Shown in pieces: positions 11,700 through 24,600 of a stretch of 64,000 bases of DNA. This stretch comes from Eledone cirrhosa (lineage: Eukaryota): contig OZ024744.1 in assembly GCA_964016885.1 (NCBI GenBank), positions 55,056,001 to 55,120,000 of the forward strand, read 5' to 3'. A model generated the notes under the pieces. The model was not told the origin of the DNA. It searched no databases and saw only the letters and a program-made list of their open reading frames with translations. How positions within the stretch are numbered: the first letter of the stretch is position 1; every line of letters starts with the position of its first letter. Position numbers and translations under genes: made by a program.

Positions 11700-12830
11700 T
11701 ATGTATAAATAATAAAAAATGGTTGGTGGTGAACTGTGAAAGCAGTTCAGGAATGAAAAGAAAAGTATTTGCCACATACAAAATATACCTTCTTCATTAG
11801 CCTAACATTTCTTGTGTACACAGTATGGAACTCCTTTTCTGCATATTTAACACAGCCACTCTTCTGATGGAATTGGTGCTCTGTCTTATTTCTTACTTGC
11901 TATGACTTTGATCTTTGCTAAATTTACTCAGATTCAGTCATCACCATATAGGAGTTCCCATAAGTAACCAATCTTAAACTCCTCTATGACCAGGAAAACT
12001 GTCATATACAGGCTGAGCCCTAGTGGATCCCCATTTGCATGCTAAATTTATTGGTAACTCTAACCTTGTTGATTGCACCTTTGTAAAGGGCCCACACAAG
12101 CCATTTGTCTGCCCTTAGTTTCGTAAAAGCCTACCAGATTACATAGTAAAGTATCCAGGTCAACAATGATAAGTAGATGGGCTTACTCTTAGATCAGTAC
12201 TTCTGCAGCTGTCTCACCAGCAGTAGTACCTCTTCCTGGCACAAAGCTAAGTTGCATCTCATTCAAGTTAATTTTATTCCTAACTAGTTGTGCTTATAAC
12301 TATTTTAGTAACTTTCAGAACCTGGTCCATCAATTTAAAGCCTCTATAGTTTCTTCTATCTAGAGTATCTCTCTTGAGAATGATGTCACCATCCTATATT
12401 ACTCAATTTACTATCTGCATGACTAGCATGTGGCCTACTATACCAGATACTTTCAGCATCTCAGCAATTATCCTTGATAGTCCAGCTCCCTAGCCAATCC
12501 CTATATCCTTAAATGCTTCATTTACCACAATGCTGCTAACCTGGATGGCCAGTCCCTCAGTTGGGTCTACTTGGGGTAACCCCTCCTCCATGCATTTTCT
12601 TTGTACAACAATCTCTCACAGGACATCCAGGCTTCTTTCTTTTCAGCCTTAATGAGACAAGTGCACCACTGTCATTTTGGATGCAACAACGTTCTGATTT
12701 TTCCTAGCACACTGTCTTGTAATCTGGAACATTTGCTGTTGGTACACACAGCATAAAACTTCTTTCTGCTACCTGGCACCTAGCTTCTCTCCTCACCTTT
12801 TTCTTAGCTTCAATCACCTCATTGACCTAG
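11700..12830 (-). mobile_element. Heavily decayed RTE LINE RT fragment
   Basis: Remnants NYRGFKLMDQVLK, LNEMQLSFVPGRGTTA and ELLYGDD, collinear with the RTE at 48752-51960. Confidence 0.7.
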
Positions 12831-13401
12831 TGTACTCCTTTTTTTCAGCTGAATGGACTTGGGCAATGTAGAGTCATGCTGAAGAGTACAATGTGCCACC
12901 AAGTCCAAGAATCAAACCTATGATTATGTTCATGAATGCAATACTCTAACCACAAAACTAGTATCAAAATGGATTAAGGAGATATGGGGAGGCAAGTAGG
13001 TGGTGAATGTTGAAAATAATATATGTACTATTGGCATTTCTCTGGAAACTGAGGTTTATTAACCTAAGTTCACTTTGTCATCAATAATACTTGGGGGCAT
13101 TAAAAGTCTATCCTCATTAGGCTGGAACTTATCTTGGTTTCAAGTGATATTAAGTGATTAAGTTTAAAAGACTCCCTCACCAGACAAGATGCCACTCCAA
13201 CACAGAGTTAACCCCCAGCTGCTGCTGGTACTAATTTTCAACTGAGTAAATTGCAGCAATGTGAAATGAAGTGTCTTGCTTAAGGACACAATAGATCAAC
13301 CCTTAAGTTGAGCAGATTATATCTGCATAGAAGAGAAAATGTGATCATTTTATTGAACCAAAGATAAGGAGAATATAAACATTGGCAAGAGACCAAAAAC
13401 A

Positions 13402-13625
13402 CTAGTGGTTAAGGATGTTGAGCTCATGATAGTGGGTTTGATTAGGGGATCAGATGGCATGTTTTGTTCTTCAGAAAAACACTTCATTTCATATTGCTCC
13501 ATTCTACTCAGCTGTAAATTAATACCATCGGCAGCAGCTGGGGGTTAATCTTGTGATGGACTCACATTCTGTTCAGCAAAACTCAATGAAACCAGGATAA
13601 GCTCTGGTTCGATGAGCCTCTGGCT
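13402..13625 (+). mobile_element. tRNA-head CORE-like SINE (family B)
   Basis: TAGTGGTTA-GG A-box-like start and ACACTTCATTTCA-ATTGCTCCA-TCTACTCAGCTGTAAAT core. Many copies, e.g. 13115-13290(-), 17915-18100(-), 29100-29440(-), 40055-40325, 60873-61185. Confidence 0.7.
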
Positions 13626-14960
13626 CTGGGGAAAAATTCTATTTTTTTTTAAACACCCTTGTCACTTTTGCCATCAGAAATGCAAGGAACTAATAATTGG
13701 CCTATTAGAAACCTCTAACTAACCAACAATGTTGAATTGTTCACCAAACTAAAGTGTAAAATAAAGTTTAAAAAATAAAACTACTACAGCAGTCACTTGT
13801 AATTGAGTATGATTTGGTAGTATATTGTATTCTTTTGCTAAGTGTTTTAGGTGGGGAAGCTGAGATAGTCACCATTTCAACCATCCTCCCCATGATTCAG
13901 TGGAACATCCAGGGTGTAACAGCTGGAAGAGGAAAGGGCTGCACCAGAATTTAGTACTTTTCAATTCTTTTTGGATCAATAAAAAAAGGGAATTTGCTGA
14001 TGCCATGATAAACTGCACCCAATATGCTTTGTAAAGTGGATGGTGTTAGGAAGGGCATCCAAAGAAACCATACCAAACAAGGTTGAGAAGACCTTTCTAG
14101 TGCTGGTGCTATGATAAAATGCAGCCAGTATAGTCTAAAATGGTTGGTGTTAGAAAGAGTTTTTAGTTGTAAGAAACAATTCCCAAACTAGAACATATAT
14201 AAGTGAAATATAGGCCCCGGCCAGTCTAGGATGACAGTAGGCCCAATTAAGGACTAGCTTGGTCTGTGAAAAACAACCCATCGATATGCTAGCATGGTTA
14301 AATGGATGTTAGATGATGGTAGTGGTGGTGGTGATGTCGTTGATGGCAATGATGATGGTAGTGGTGATGATGGTGATGATGATAATGATGTTGATGGTAG
14401 TGATGATGTTAGACCTGAACTTTTAAGCATTTTTATGAGCAATATACATAGAAAATATTGAAAAAGATTTACCATAAAGAGATTAACACAATATAGAATT
14501 TGATAATAAATTTTATTAAAAAAATAATTACATATATATTTCAAAATTTCAAAATTCTTTGAACAAATGTAATAACTTTATAAATATGTAATTTATCTCG
14601 TCCTTACAAAATCAGTGAACTACATTGGTGAGAAGTTAATATGTAAAATGTACTTATCTAAAACATCAAGAATAAGTAGGGTAAAACGGAGGAGGGGAGG
14701 AGAGGAAGGTGAAAGGATTCAATTTTGGGAGTCGGGAAATCATAAATTTTTTTATCCTTTTTTTTTTCTTTTCCTTTTTGGATATCAACAATTCGAGATT
14801 CATCAAACATTGATATAACTTAATAACAAAGAAATGGCATTAAATTATTATTATTTTTTTTATTTTTTTTTTTTTTTTTTCAGATGAGGAAAGGGCAAGG
14901 AGTATGATGCTCTTCTTGGGATGTGTTTTTTTTGTATCTGTGTGTGTGTGTCCGTGTGTG

Positions 14961-14997
<37 letters not shown>

Positions 14998-15628
14998 GTG
15001 CGTGTGTGTGTGTGTGCGCGTGCGTGTTTTAATCCCTTTCTTTTTTTGTTTATTTTATTTCTTCATTTCCTTGCATTTGAATGAATAGGGTCACCTGTTG
15101 ATTCGCTTTTCTGATGTTTTTGAAGATGAAGGACTTTGTTTTTTGACAGAGGAAAAATAAACTACCAGAGATGATGAATTAAAACATTATGCTAAATCAT
15201 TAAGTTTGGAATTGGTAAATAGTAAAACATACATGAAGTAATAGTTGCTAAGACTAAAGTTTATTTGATCAGAGCACGTAAGTCAAACATTCATAATTCT
15301 ATCTTCATGAGGGGTCCAAATATCTTCATGACAGAGAAAACATTTGAGTCTTGCAGTCCTTGTTCCTAACCGTATGAGAAATTGGCCCAATAATACTCTA
15401 CCAAGGTTTGTTGTTACTTCCATTGGAACAGCTATGACGTTTTTTAAATTATTGTAAAGTTGACAGCAAATAACTGATTACCAATTGTAAAGGAGATTCT
15501 ACATATTTCTGACCCTACAATAAATCAGAGCTTGATAATAATCCACAAGGGAGGGGCCCTAATACATTAGGTAGTTGGCCCTAAAACATGGTAGTTGGCC
15601 AGAAAAAAACAAGACAATAGAGTGTTAT

Positions 15629-15673
<45 letters not shown>

Positions 15674-18600
15674 TATTTCAGGGACAGATAAGAACAAAAT
15701 GGACCGAAAATCTAACATGGAAACCTAGCAACTTCAGGCGGTTGTCATCACTAGTGAAATCGAGGAAGATTTAGTGGTTGAGACATCTAATCAGCTTGTA
15801 GTAGGAAGGAGAAAGCCCCCTTAAATCATGATGGAGGTATAGTGGTGCCATGCTGACACACCTTGGGTATTTTAAAGCTGGTGGAAGCCATTCCAGGTCT
15901 TGAACACAGTCAATTTCTCAGAGAGAGAGATATCAACTCCAATACTAGATTGGTACTTTTATTTATTGACATCCCTTGAAAGGATAACAAGAAACACTAA
16001 CTGTCGAAATATAAGCATCTCTTGACCTAATACTGATAATGACCACTTGTAACTAGAGTGAGTCTAGCTAAGCTGTACAATCCTCGTGGTTATGCAATAA
16101 TAATTATTTACATTACCATTCAAAGCCATACTATTGCTTACATTTACATTTGACAAAGCAATACAGCCAACAATGGAACAAATGAATAATAGCTTGGCTA
16201 TAAAAATTAGAACCATTTTGTTTTTCTGTATTCTGAAGAAATATGTTTGTTTCTAGCCACATCAGAGTTTTTGTGACAATTAATGAGATGCTAGCAACCT
16301 TCAGTGGGAAGAACAAACTATTTCTTCAGGCAAATAAATAATCCTACAAACAAACCAGCCACTTAATAAATAAACATAGAAGCAAGCAAATGACTGGGGT
16401 AGAACACAAGTTACTCTGAAATTGAAATAGAATATATTCATGGCCGTAGATACGCTGTATTGTAAGAAGCAACTAAAAGAGTTGATATCAGGAAGGCCAT
16501 CTGGCTGTAAAATATTACCTAAAAAAATCCTGCCTAAATTCAATGCAGCATAGAAAAATTGACATAAGAGCAGGAAATCAATTTGATGGTCAATTCATCT
16601 AGGAAAGTGGTGTGTGTGGTAAGGGTTGTGAACTGATTGATAGCTCCTACGAATTAGATAGAAAATGTCATGCTTAACACCTGTTATACTACTTTTGCTT
16701 CTCTGTCCACAAACATTCTTGTGATAAGAGTACTAATTAGTAAAAATACAGTCTGAAAACAAAACAAAACAAAAAACAAAAACTGAAGTGAGCTAAATTT
16801 GACAGTAGGTTTTATGAATAAAAGTAAATTAATTAAAAAGCCAGGCAGTGTGGAAAAGTAAAATATCTTCAGCAGCAATTGCACCATGGTTAAAAATCAA
16901 TGAAAATTCTGAGAATGAGAAGGTGGTAGATATTGCCAGTGTCTTCAAGCTGACCAGATGGCAGGAGAGTTTGACACATGATTGCCACCACATTTGACAC
17001 TTGATCTCCCCCTCTCTCTCTTTGACCCCACTTGAATATCTCAAAGATAAATTCATACATCCCATACTGTCACAACCATCAGAACAAGTTCAAGTGCTGC
17101 ATGTTCACAAGAATATAGGAATGTGGCTTATAGAAAATACTGGGAAGAGGAGAACGAATAATGTGAACACAAAGGAAAAAGAAATCTTAGAATAGAAAAG
17201 TTGTTGATTAGCCACAAATCAGAGCTGAATGAACAGACAAATGTTTAGTCAAAGGCACTCAAGCCTTGAACATCTTGTCTTTTATTCAGACAGTATAACT
17301 AGGATTACATTATCCAACATACCCTTGTTGAAAGGACTGTAAAGTGTGACATGAATATTTAGCTGTTATCTCTAGCCAGTTAAGTGACAACAGTGTGGCT
17401 TCCTCCTCAATTCAATTAGAAAAGTGTTACAAAGAAAGTATAGAGTTCTAGATGCTGTCTCAACACAAACATTATAGAAGAATTCAAAGAAATATTTTGT
17501 AGCTAGGTTATACATTGATGGTTGGTAAAATGAGAAACAATACATTTGTTTAATAACAAATCACCAAAACAAGTTGTATATTTGTTGCAGCATGTGTGTG
17601 CCAAAGTACAATATCAGGTAAAGAATAATCTCACTGATAAGGAATGGCAAGGATGTTTGGCAGCAAAAAAAAAAACAAAAAAAAAAACAGAATCATCTAA
17701 ATCATATTGTAAATACTTTGTCGTTTAATTTTTATAGGAACATTTCTCTAATTAGTGTGTGAGCATGTGCTAACCAAAAGTAAACATTCTTTTAAGAAAC
17801 CAGCAACATAGTTTTATACTAGCTAGGTGTTGTTATTGTTATAGCTCACTCCTACACAGGCTTAGCTGGCCTCCTCAGGTATTTTGATGAAAGGCACACT
17901 GGTCCTATCATGAAAAGACTCCTCCCCCAGCTCTGGACCAGATGCTGCTGTTTGTGATACTTTTTTTTTCAACTGAATGGATTGGGGTAATGTGAAATGA
18001 AGTGTCTTGCTCAAGGACAATATGTGCTACAAGTTCCAGGAATGAAACTCATGACCTTATAATCATGTGTCCAACATCCTAACCACTAGGTCAAACACCA
18101 TCACTAGTTAGGTGACATACTATTAATATGTTTCCAGTTAGGATTATAAAGACAAAACAAAACAAAAAATATACTTAACTCAATATCGCTGTTCTGAGTA
18201 TTTATATAACAGTGAAATTGAAATGAAGTTTAACACACACACACAACCATGTAGGTTTAGCTGGCCTCCTATGAGGTATCTCATAGGAGATTTCTTGGCT
18301 GCTTTAATGATAGCAGTGATATCACAATAAACAATGTAAAATTAAGTGCCGTGCTCAAAAACAACGCTTCACCTAATTATTATCATCATCATCATCATCA
18401 CCGTTTTATGTCCATTTTTTCACGCTAACATGGGTTAGACAAGCCAGGAATCAAATCCATGACTTCATGCTCTTGAGTTCAACACTTACCACTAGGCCAC
18501 ATGCCTTCACAAGGCTGAAGCTGATAGGGTTCTGGTTTAGCAATCAAACATTTGTCATGTAGGATGATGTATGCAATGTCTTGGAACGCCTGACATTTTA

Positions 18601-19448
18601 AAAAGTGCAGTCTGCAGTTTTAAACAATGAACAACTACTTAAAAATTATCAATAAATATCTTGTCAGTTTGTAGAGCTCAAAATCTTCCAATAATCATGG
18701 AGAGAAGGCAGCAAAAAAGCACCCAAAATATAGTCCCTACCCTACCACCATGACCACTATATGAAGATGAATAGAGGTGTGGGAGGGCCCAGTGATGTCT
18801 CTAATTGCGTGTGTATGTATAGGTGTGTGTGTGTTATATATATATAAACAAAATTTGTTTTCTCTCTCAACATGGTGGATACAAACAAACTGAATATTAA
18901 TAATATGATATTATTATTCACTCACAAATACACATATATACACACACACACCTTTTCATGCGCGCGTTTTCAATGAAGAAATGATGATGTAACCATAGTT
19001 GTAAACATTTTCACACACTCCCATCCACCCCTTATTGTAAAAAGAAAACAAAAAAATATTTTATGCTTGCCCTTTTTTTTTTGGGTGCTTGCTATCTTTT
19101 TCTTAGGTAAGTGTGTATAAGTGTGTGTGTTTTTATTTTTGTTTTCTTACAAACAAACTAGTAGTGAATTAAAAGCTGGCAACAAAGCAAGCTTGGAGAT
19201 AGCTTGCATTGCAATAGTGTGACATTTGAAAATACATAATGCAATACTAAAAACAAATGTTTAATAACAAACAGACTAAAAAAAAAAAAGATTTTTTTCT
19301 TTTTTTCCATCTAAAGATTCACAAATATTCTAAATTTGTAAGGATTATTGCTAAATTTAAAATAATAAAAAAAAACATTAAATTTATGTATATATATAAA
19401 ATTAAAAAGGAATGAGAAACAAAATGATGCATCACACATATACGTATG

Positions 19449-19489
<41 letters not shown>

Positions 19490-20638
19490 TATGTATGTGT
19501 GTATATATATAACATGGTCTATTTACACCTGATTGAGCTGAAATGTGAGTGAATGTATACACGCACACACATATATATAAAGTTATGTATATAGTAGTCA
19601 TGTAATAAAAATAATGATAACAATGCCTACGCAACAACGACCATTTTATTCTGCATTGTTTATTTTTATATATAACAATAAAAATCCTTTCTCTCAATAT
19701 TTTCTCTCATGTTAAATATTTCCCCACCACACTGTTTTAATAATTTTATTTATGTTTAAGGACATTTGATATCTTATCAGAAGGGGATGGATTTTTTTTT
19801 TTTTTTGCTTGTTTGTTTGTTTGTTTTATTAATGGAATATTTATTGTGGAGGTGTAGGTATATATAGGTGGACTCTTCCAAGGCTGCATCCCATAGGAGT
19901 TGTCACAGGTGCTGTTGTTTTTTAATGAAAGTGAGATCCCAGTTCTATCATTAAAAAATTCTCTCCCTGGACCAAATGTCAGTCTGCTGCATGGGATACC
20001 CCTCCCCAAGCTGCTGATGCTACTGGTTCTATCAAACCCTACCCCACCCCAATCCATCCATCACAGCAGCTGAGTGGAGCAACATGAAATGAAGCATTTT
20101 GTTCGAGGACAAACACACTGCGCAGTGAAGGAATCCCAACCCACAATCTTATGATCATGTTGTCCAACACACCTAACTACTTTAGTCACGTGTTTTCATA
20201 GTGGAATATTTTCATCAAGAATCATCTTTTACTTCAGTTACTTTCTCCTCATACATTTAGTTGTCATTCTACCAACAAATCATACTAGATTCTTTTGTAG
20301 AATAATAATACTCTTACTCATAATAATAATATTCAATAATTGAAAAGAAGATGCAACTAAGAGCCACAAATGCATTTAACCAAAATCATTTTTTTTTTTA
20401 TAAATGCATATTAATTTCAGTTTTCTACATTTTATATACACACACACACATATATACCTATATACAACTTATGCGTATGTATACACACACTCACAAACAC
20501 TGCCTAAAAGCAAAGTATTTTTTCTTATACAACATACATAAAAAGAAAAAACTAAAATAATATAATTTTAATGTATATACACATCATACATGTGTGTCTG
20601 TGTAAATAAATAAAATAAATAAATTTAATACATTTAAT

Positions 20639-20670
<32 letters not shown>

Positions 20671-20945
20671 ATTTTACTCTAAGCTGAATTTTCACAATAC
20701 ACTGCTCCAACTCCCTCTGTTTATTATCTAAATATCAGAAATATAAAAAATCAGAGTAATAATTTGTTGAGCTTCAGCTTCCAATAAAATAGTGCTCAAT
20801 ATCCTCAATATTGAGTACTCACTTTTCTCTTTATCGTTCACATTCTAGTGTATATGCGTATGTATGTATATATATATATATCATCATCATCACCGTTTTA
20901 CATCCATTTTTCCACGCTAGCATGGGTTAGACGAAAAAAGGAAAT

Positions 20946-21043
20946 ACTTACAGCACCTAGGTTTCCCAAACGGTCACCCATCTAAATACTTACTAGGCTC
21001 GACGTTGCTTAACTTCAGTGATCAGTGTTTTCAGCGTGATATG
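20946..21043 (-). pseudogene. 5S rRNA-derived sequence with ~12 nt internal deletion, fused to an RTE-type 3' tail (20880-20932)
   Basis: Minus strand reads CATATCACGCTGAAAACA-CTGATCACTGAAGTTAAGCAACGTCGAGCCTAGTAAGTATTTAGATGGGTGACCGTTTGGGAAACCTAGGTGCTGTAAG, collinear with metazoan 5S rRNA including box A and box C regions. Confidence 0.85.
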
Positions 21044-21047
21044 TGTT

Positions 21048-21080
<33 letters not shown>

Positions 21081-21279
21081 CATATATTATACATACGCAC
21101 ACATATATATATATAAATATATATATAATACATACATACACATATATGTGTATGTATGTATGTATTTATATGGGCATAAATTCCATATAACTTTTGTACA
21201 AATACACACATGTAATCGTTAACATACAGACTGATAGACAAAAGTCTAGGGATGTTTTGTTTATGGGGGTTTTCCTTAA

Positions 21280-21507
21280 CCCTTTCGTGACCTTATTTCT
21301 AATGAAATATGCTATTTCGAATAATTAATGAAAACTTTGTGGGATTTGCTAAAATTATTAATTACTTCATTACTAAGATAGTAACTGAACATATGGTTCT
21401 TATATAAAATTATTTTGGAAGATTTTAATATAAATACGAACCCTTTAAAATGGGTGGTTTGTTTCATAGAACCTGAGCCAGCTTTGGCTAGGTTTGTATC
21501 AAAAGGG
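21280..21507. mobile_element. piggyBac-like MITE
   Basis: TTAA|CCCTTT...AAAGGG|TTAA termini; related copy at 21963-22185 and many degraded ones. Confidence 0.75.
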
Positions 21508-21616
21508 TTAATGTATATATACACAACACAATAATGGCCACAATTGCTCGGGTATACGTGAATGATAGTTTCTCAGTCCTTCTGTCTGTCCTCATTAATC
21601 ACCAGAGTTGTATGCT

Positions 21617-21657
21617 TTATGCACATTCAACTTCCAAGGTGGATGTGGTTTGAGAAT
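21617..21657 (-). CDS. ARID4: ARID4 terminal coding exon (NSQTTSTLEVECA*)
   Basis: Strong pyrimidine tract, ttatag| acceptor, phase 1; VEC ending resembles the vertebrate ARID4 VECR* terminus. Confidence 0.8.
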
Positions 21658-24600
21658 CTATAAAGAAAAGAAGAAGAAAACAAACATCAATTGAGCAATT
21701 AACATTTCTATCTAATTTGTATTTAATTATTCCCAGTAAACAAATATCATAAGAAAACAATTTCAATTAAAGTTTTTGTTTTGTTAAATGTGAAAGCAAT
21801 ACTCATACAAACATACCAAGAAAAAAAAACTATTAAAAAGGTTTAGAAGTCAAGAGAAAATCATATAATTTACATTATTAGACAAACCAAATTAAGAACT
21901 AATTTGATGTATTAAAAACCATATGTATATGTTTTACTTTTGAATGATATTTGTATGTTTAACCCTTTTGTTACTATATTTTCAATAAAAGAAGACATTG
22001 TCTATAATCTTCAATTTTGAAAATAATAATTTGGAGGAATTTCGTAAATATAACTTTCTCGTTATCAAGCAACTGTTTGAAGCATAACTTAAATTATCAA
22101 AGGTTTTTAGATAATTATAAACACTTTGAATAGTTTTGCATCATAGAACCAGGGGACACTTTACGGCAGCTTCGTATCAAAAGGGTTAAGTTACTTTACA
22201 CATTATATTTACATATTAAGATGATATTTAAGAAGAATTGAAAGTATTGAATTTATAAATCAATCTCAGGTGCAAATTAAAAGTACAAGAAATTATTTTT
22301 ATTATTTTTTTATATTCAAAGAACACACAAAAAATGAAGACAAAAATATATATAAAACATTGTTTGAAACTTAAAAAAAAAATTAAATAATTAAATATAA
22401 CAAAGCGACACTCAGTAGGCAACACCTAAAAAAATACACATTTTTTAATGAATAATGAATGCAGCAATTAGACCTTTACGTTAAAAAAAATACAAAAAAA
22501 AAACTCAAAATATCTTTTTAAAAAAAAAAGGAAAAAAAGCAAAAAACACAAAGTTTGTTTTATTAAAAAGTAGCTTAAGGTAAAAATAGGAATATTTATT
22601 ATAATAATTATTGCGTATATGTATGTGTCGGGGGTGGGATTTGTGTGTGAGAGAGACTGTGAACATCACAAAAAAAAAATAATAATACCTAGACAAGAGA
22701 ACTTTAAGAAAAAAATTTTCAGTGGAGAATTTAGTTCAATTTTTACTTTAGAAATTTTTTTTTCCTTTTTTTTTTTCATTATCTTAAAAAAACATTACTT
22801 AAGCCCCTATATTTCTATTTAAACTTAAAAAGAAAAAAAAATGAATCCCTAAAATATGAATGAATTATAATAATAATAATAATAATAAATATATATAGGT
22901 ATAGAAAATGAAGTCCTGACAATCGATGCATTGAGGCAAATAGCAAAAAATGTATTACAGTAGAATGCATGTTTCCGACGACGCTACAGCGTGCAGGCAG
23001 GCAGACATATTGTAAAGAAACGAAGAGAGCGGTGAATTTGACCTACATCGCAGTCAGGCAGTAGTTGGGACAGCCATCAGGTGTGATACTGTCAGAAATC
23101 AGCTGTAGCAAAACCATCTGCCAAAATTCTTGCCTAGTGCTGCCAACCAGCTCCATCTACCATAAATGGAAGTTTCCGTTGCAGACCCCGCTCTGGTTTG
23201 ACATATCAAGTAAAATATGGAACAATGATAATAGCCAAATAAATTAATTAATGAACAGGGCTTGTTATAAACATTAACACACACATACACACACAAAAAA
23301 AGAAGTGCAGATATCACACAGCAAAAAAGATACATTGCTAAGGATTACAGTAAATGAAAAATGCTGGCTTTTTTTAAAACATTAAAAATATCATATTCCA
23401 AAATACTTTATAATCAAATAAAATAGAAAAGGTTATGTTGACCAGCAATTAAACATTTTTTTTTTCATAATTTCTAGGGAAAAATTTACATAAAATACAT
23501 TTATTTATTTAATTGAGGAGTTAACTCTTAACATCTTGTAATGATTTAACATAAAATGTTTATGGTATCTTTACTAGTGGACAGATTGTTGTAAAAATTT
23601 GCTGTATTTAGAGTAATAATTTTTAATATGATACACTTTTCAAGATAGTATCATGCAGCAGAGGACATTAAGAATTAAATAATATAAAGCTTCAATTTAA
23701 TTGATTAGTCTATTCAAATATTTGTGGAGAGAAGTATAAGGTGAGGCTACAGAAACTGATCCTGAGTCCAAGTCCCCAATCACGAGGCCATGTCTCTATA
23801 AACCAAGAGATATTAAATACTTATTAAATAGAACAAAACTCTAAATATTACTTTATTCAGCACTGTCCAGAGAGGAGCCCTGTACTCCCAGTCACAGAAA
23901 CCAAGATACGTACTGGCCCGATGCGTCTCCGGATACAAGACAGACTTCTTAAACTATTATTATAGTCCCTACCATTATCATATAGTACACTTTATTACTA
24001 TTACAGTCCCTTCCATTATATAGTACATTGTCTATTACTATTACAGTCCCTACCATTATATAGTACATTGTCTATTACTATTACAGTCCCTACCATTACA
24101 TTATTATATGGTAAACTATTTTTATAGTTTCCTACCATTATTAAGGAACACTGTAAATAATGAATTTTCAGTCTTGAGAACAACTGACTGAAAAATGAAA
24201 TGAAATTTAGGCTCATCTATGCAGTTTAACTGGCCTCCTACAATGTTGCATCTGATAGGATGATGAGTGATTTAATTATAAGGGTCTGAGTTCTATCTTG
24301 AAAAACTACATGAAATAAAGTGTCTTGCTCAAAAACACAATGTGCCACCCAACCCAGGAATCGATCACACAATCTTATGATCCTAGTCCAACACCTGAAC
24401 CAGTAGGCTACACACCTTCACTGAATATTTTAATTCAACACTTAAGATTCTGTACTGCATGAAATCACATTAGCAAGATATTCTTGAAACATACAAAACA
24501 ACACAATGACTACATCAAATGAAAAAATTGAAATCTTTAATCTAATACTGTACATTTTCACAATGATCTTTCCACTTGGAAAGATACTATGAGCATTTGA

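Noticed and set aside
20946-21043. Functional 5S rRNA gene
   Set aside because: Single copy, 5' end missing, internal deletion, and fused to a retroelement tail.
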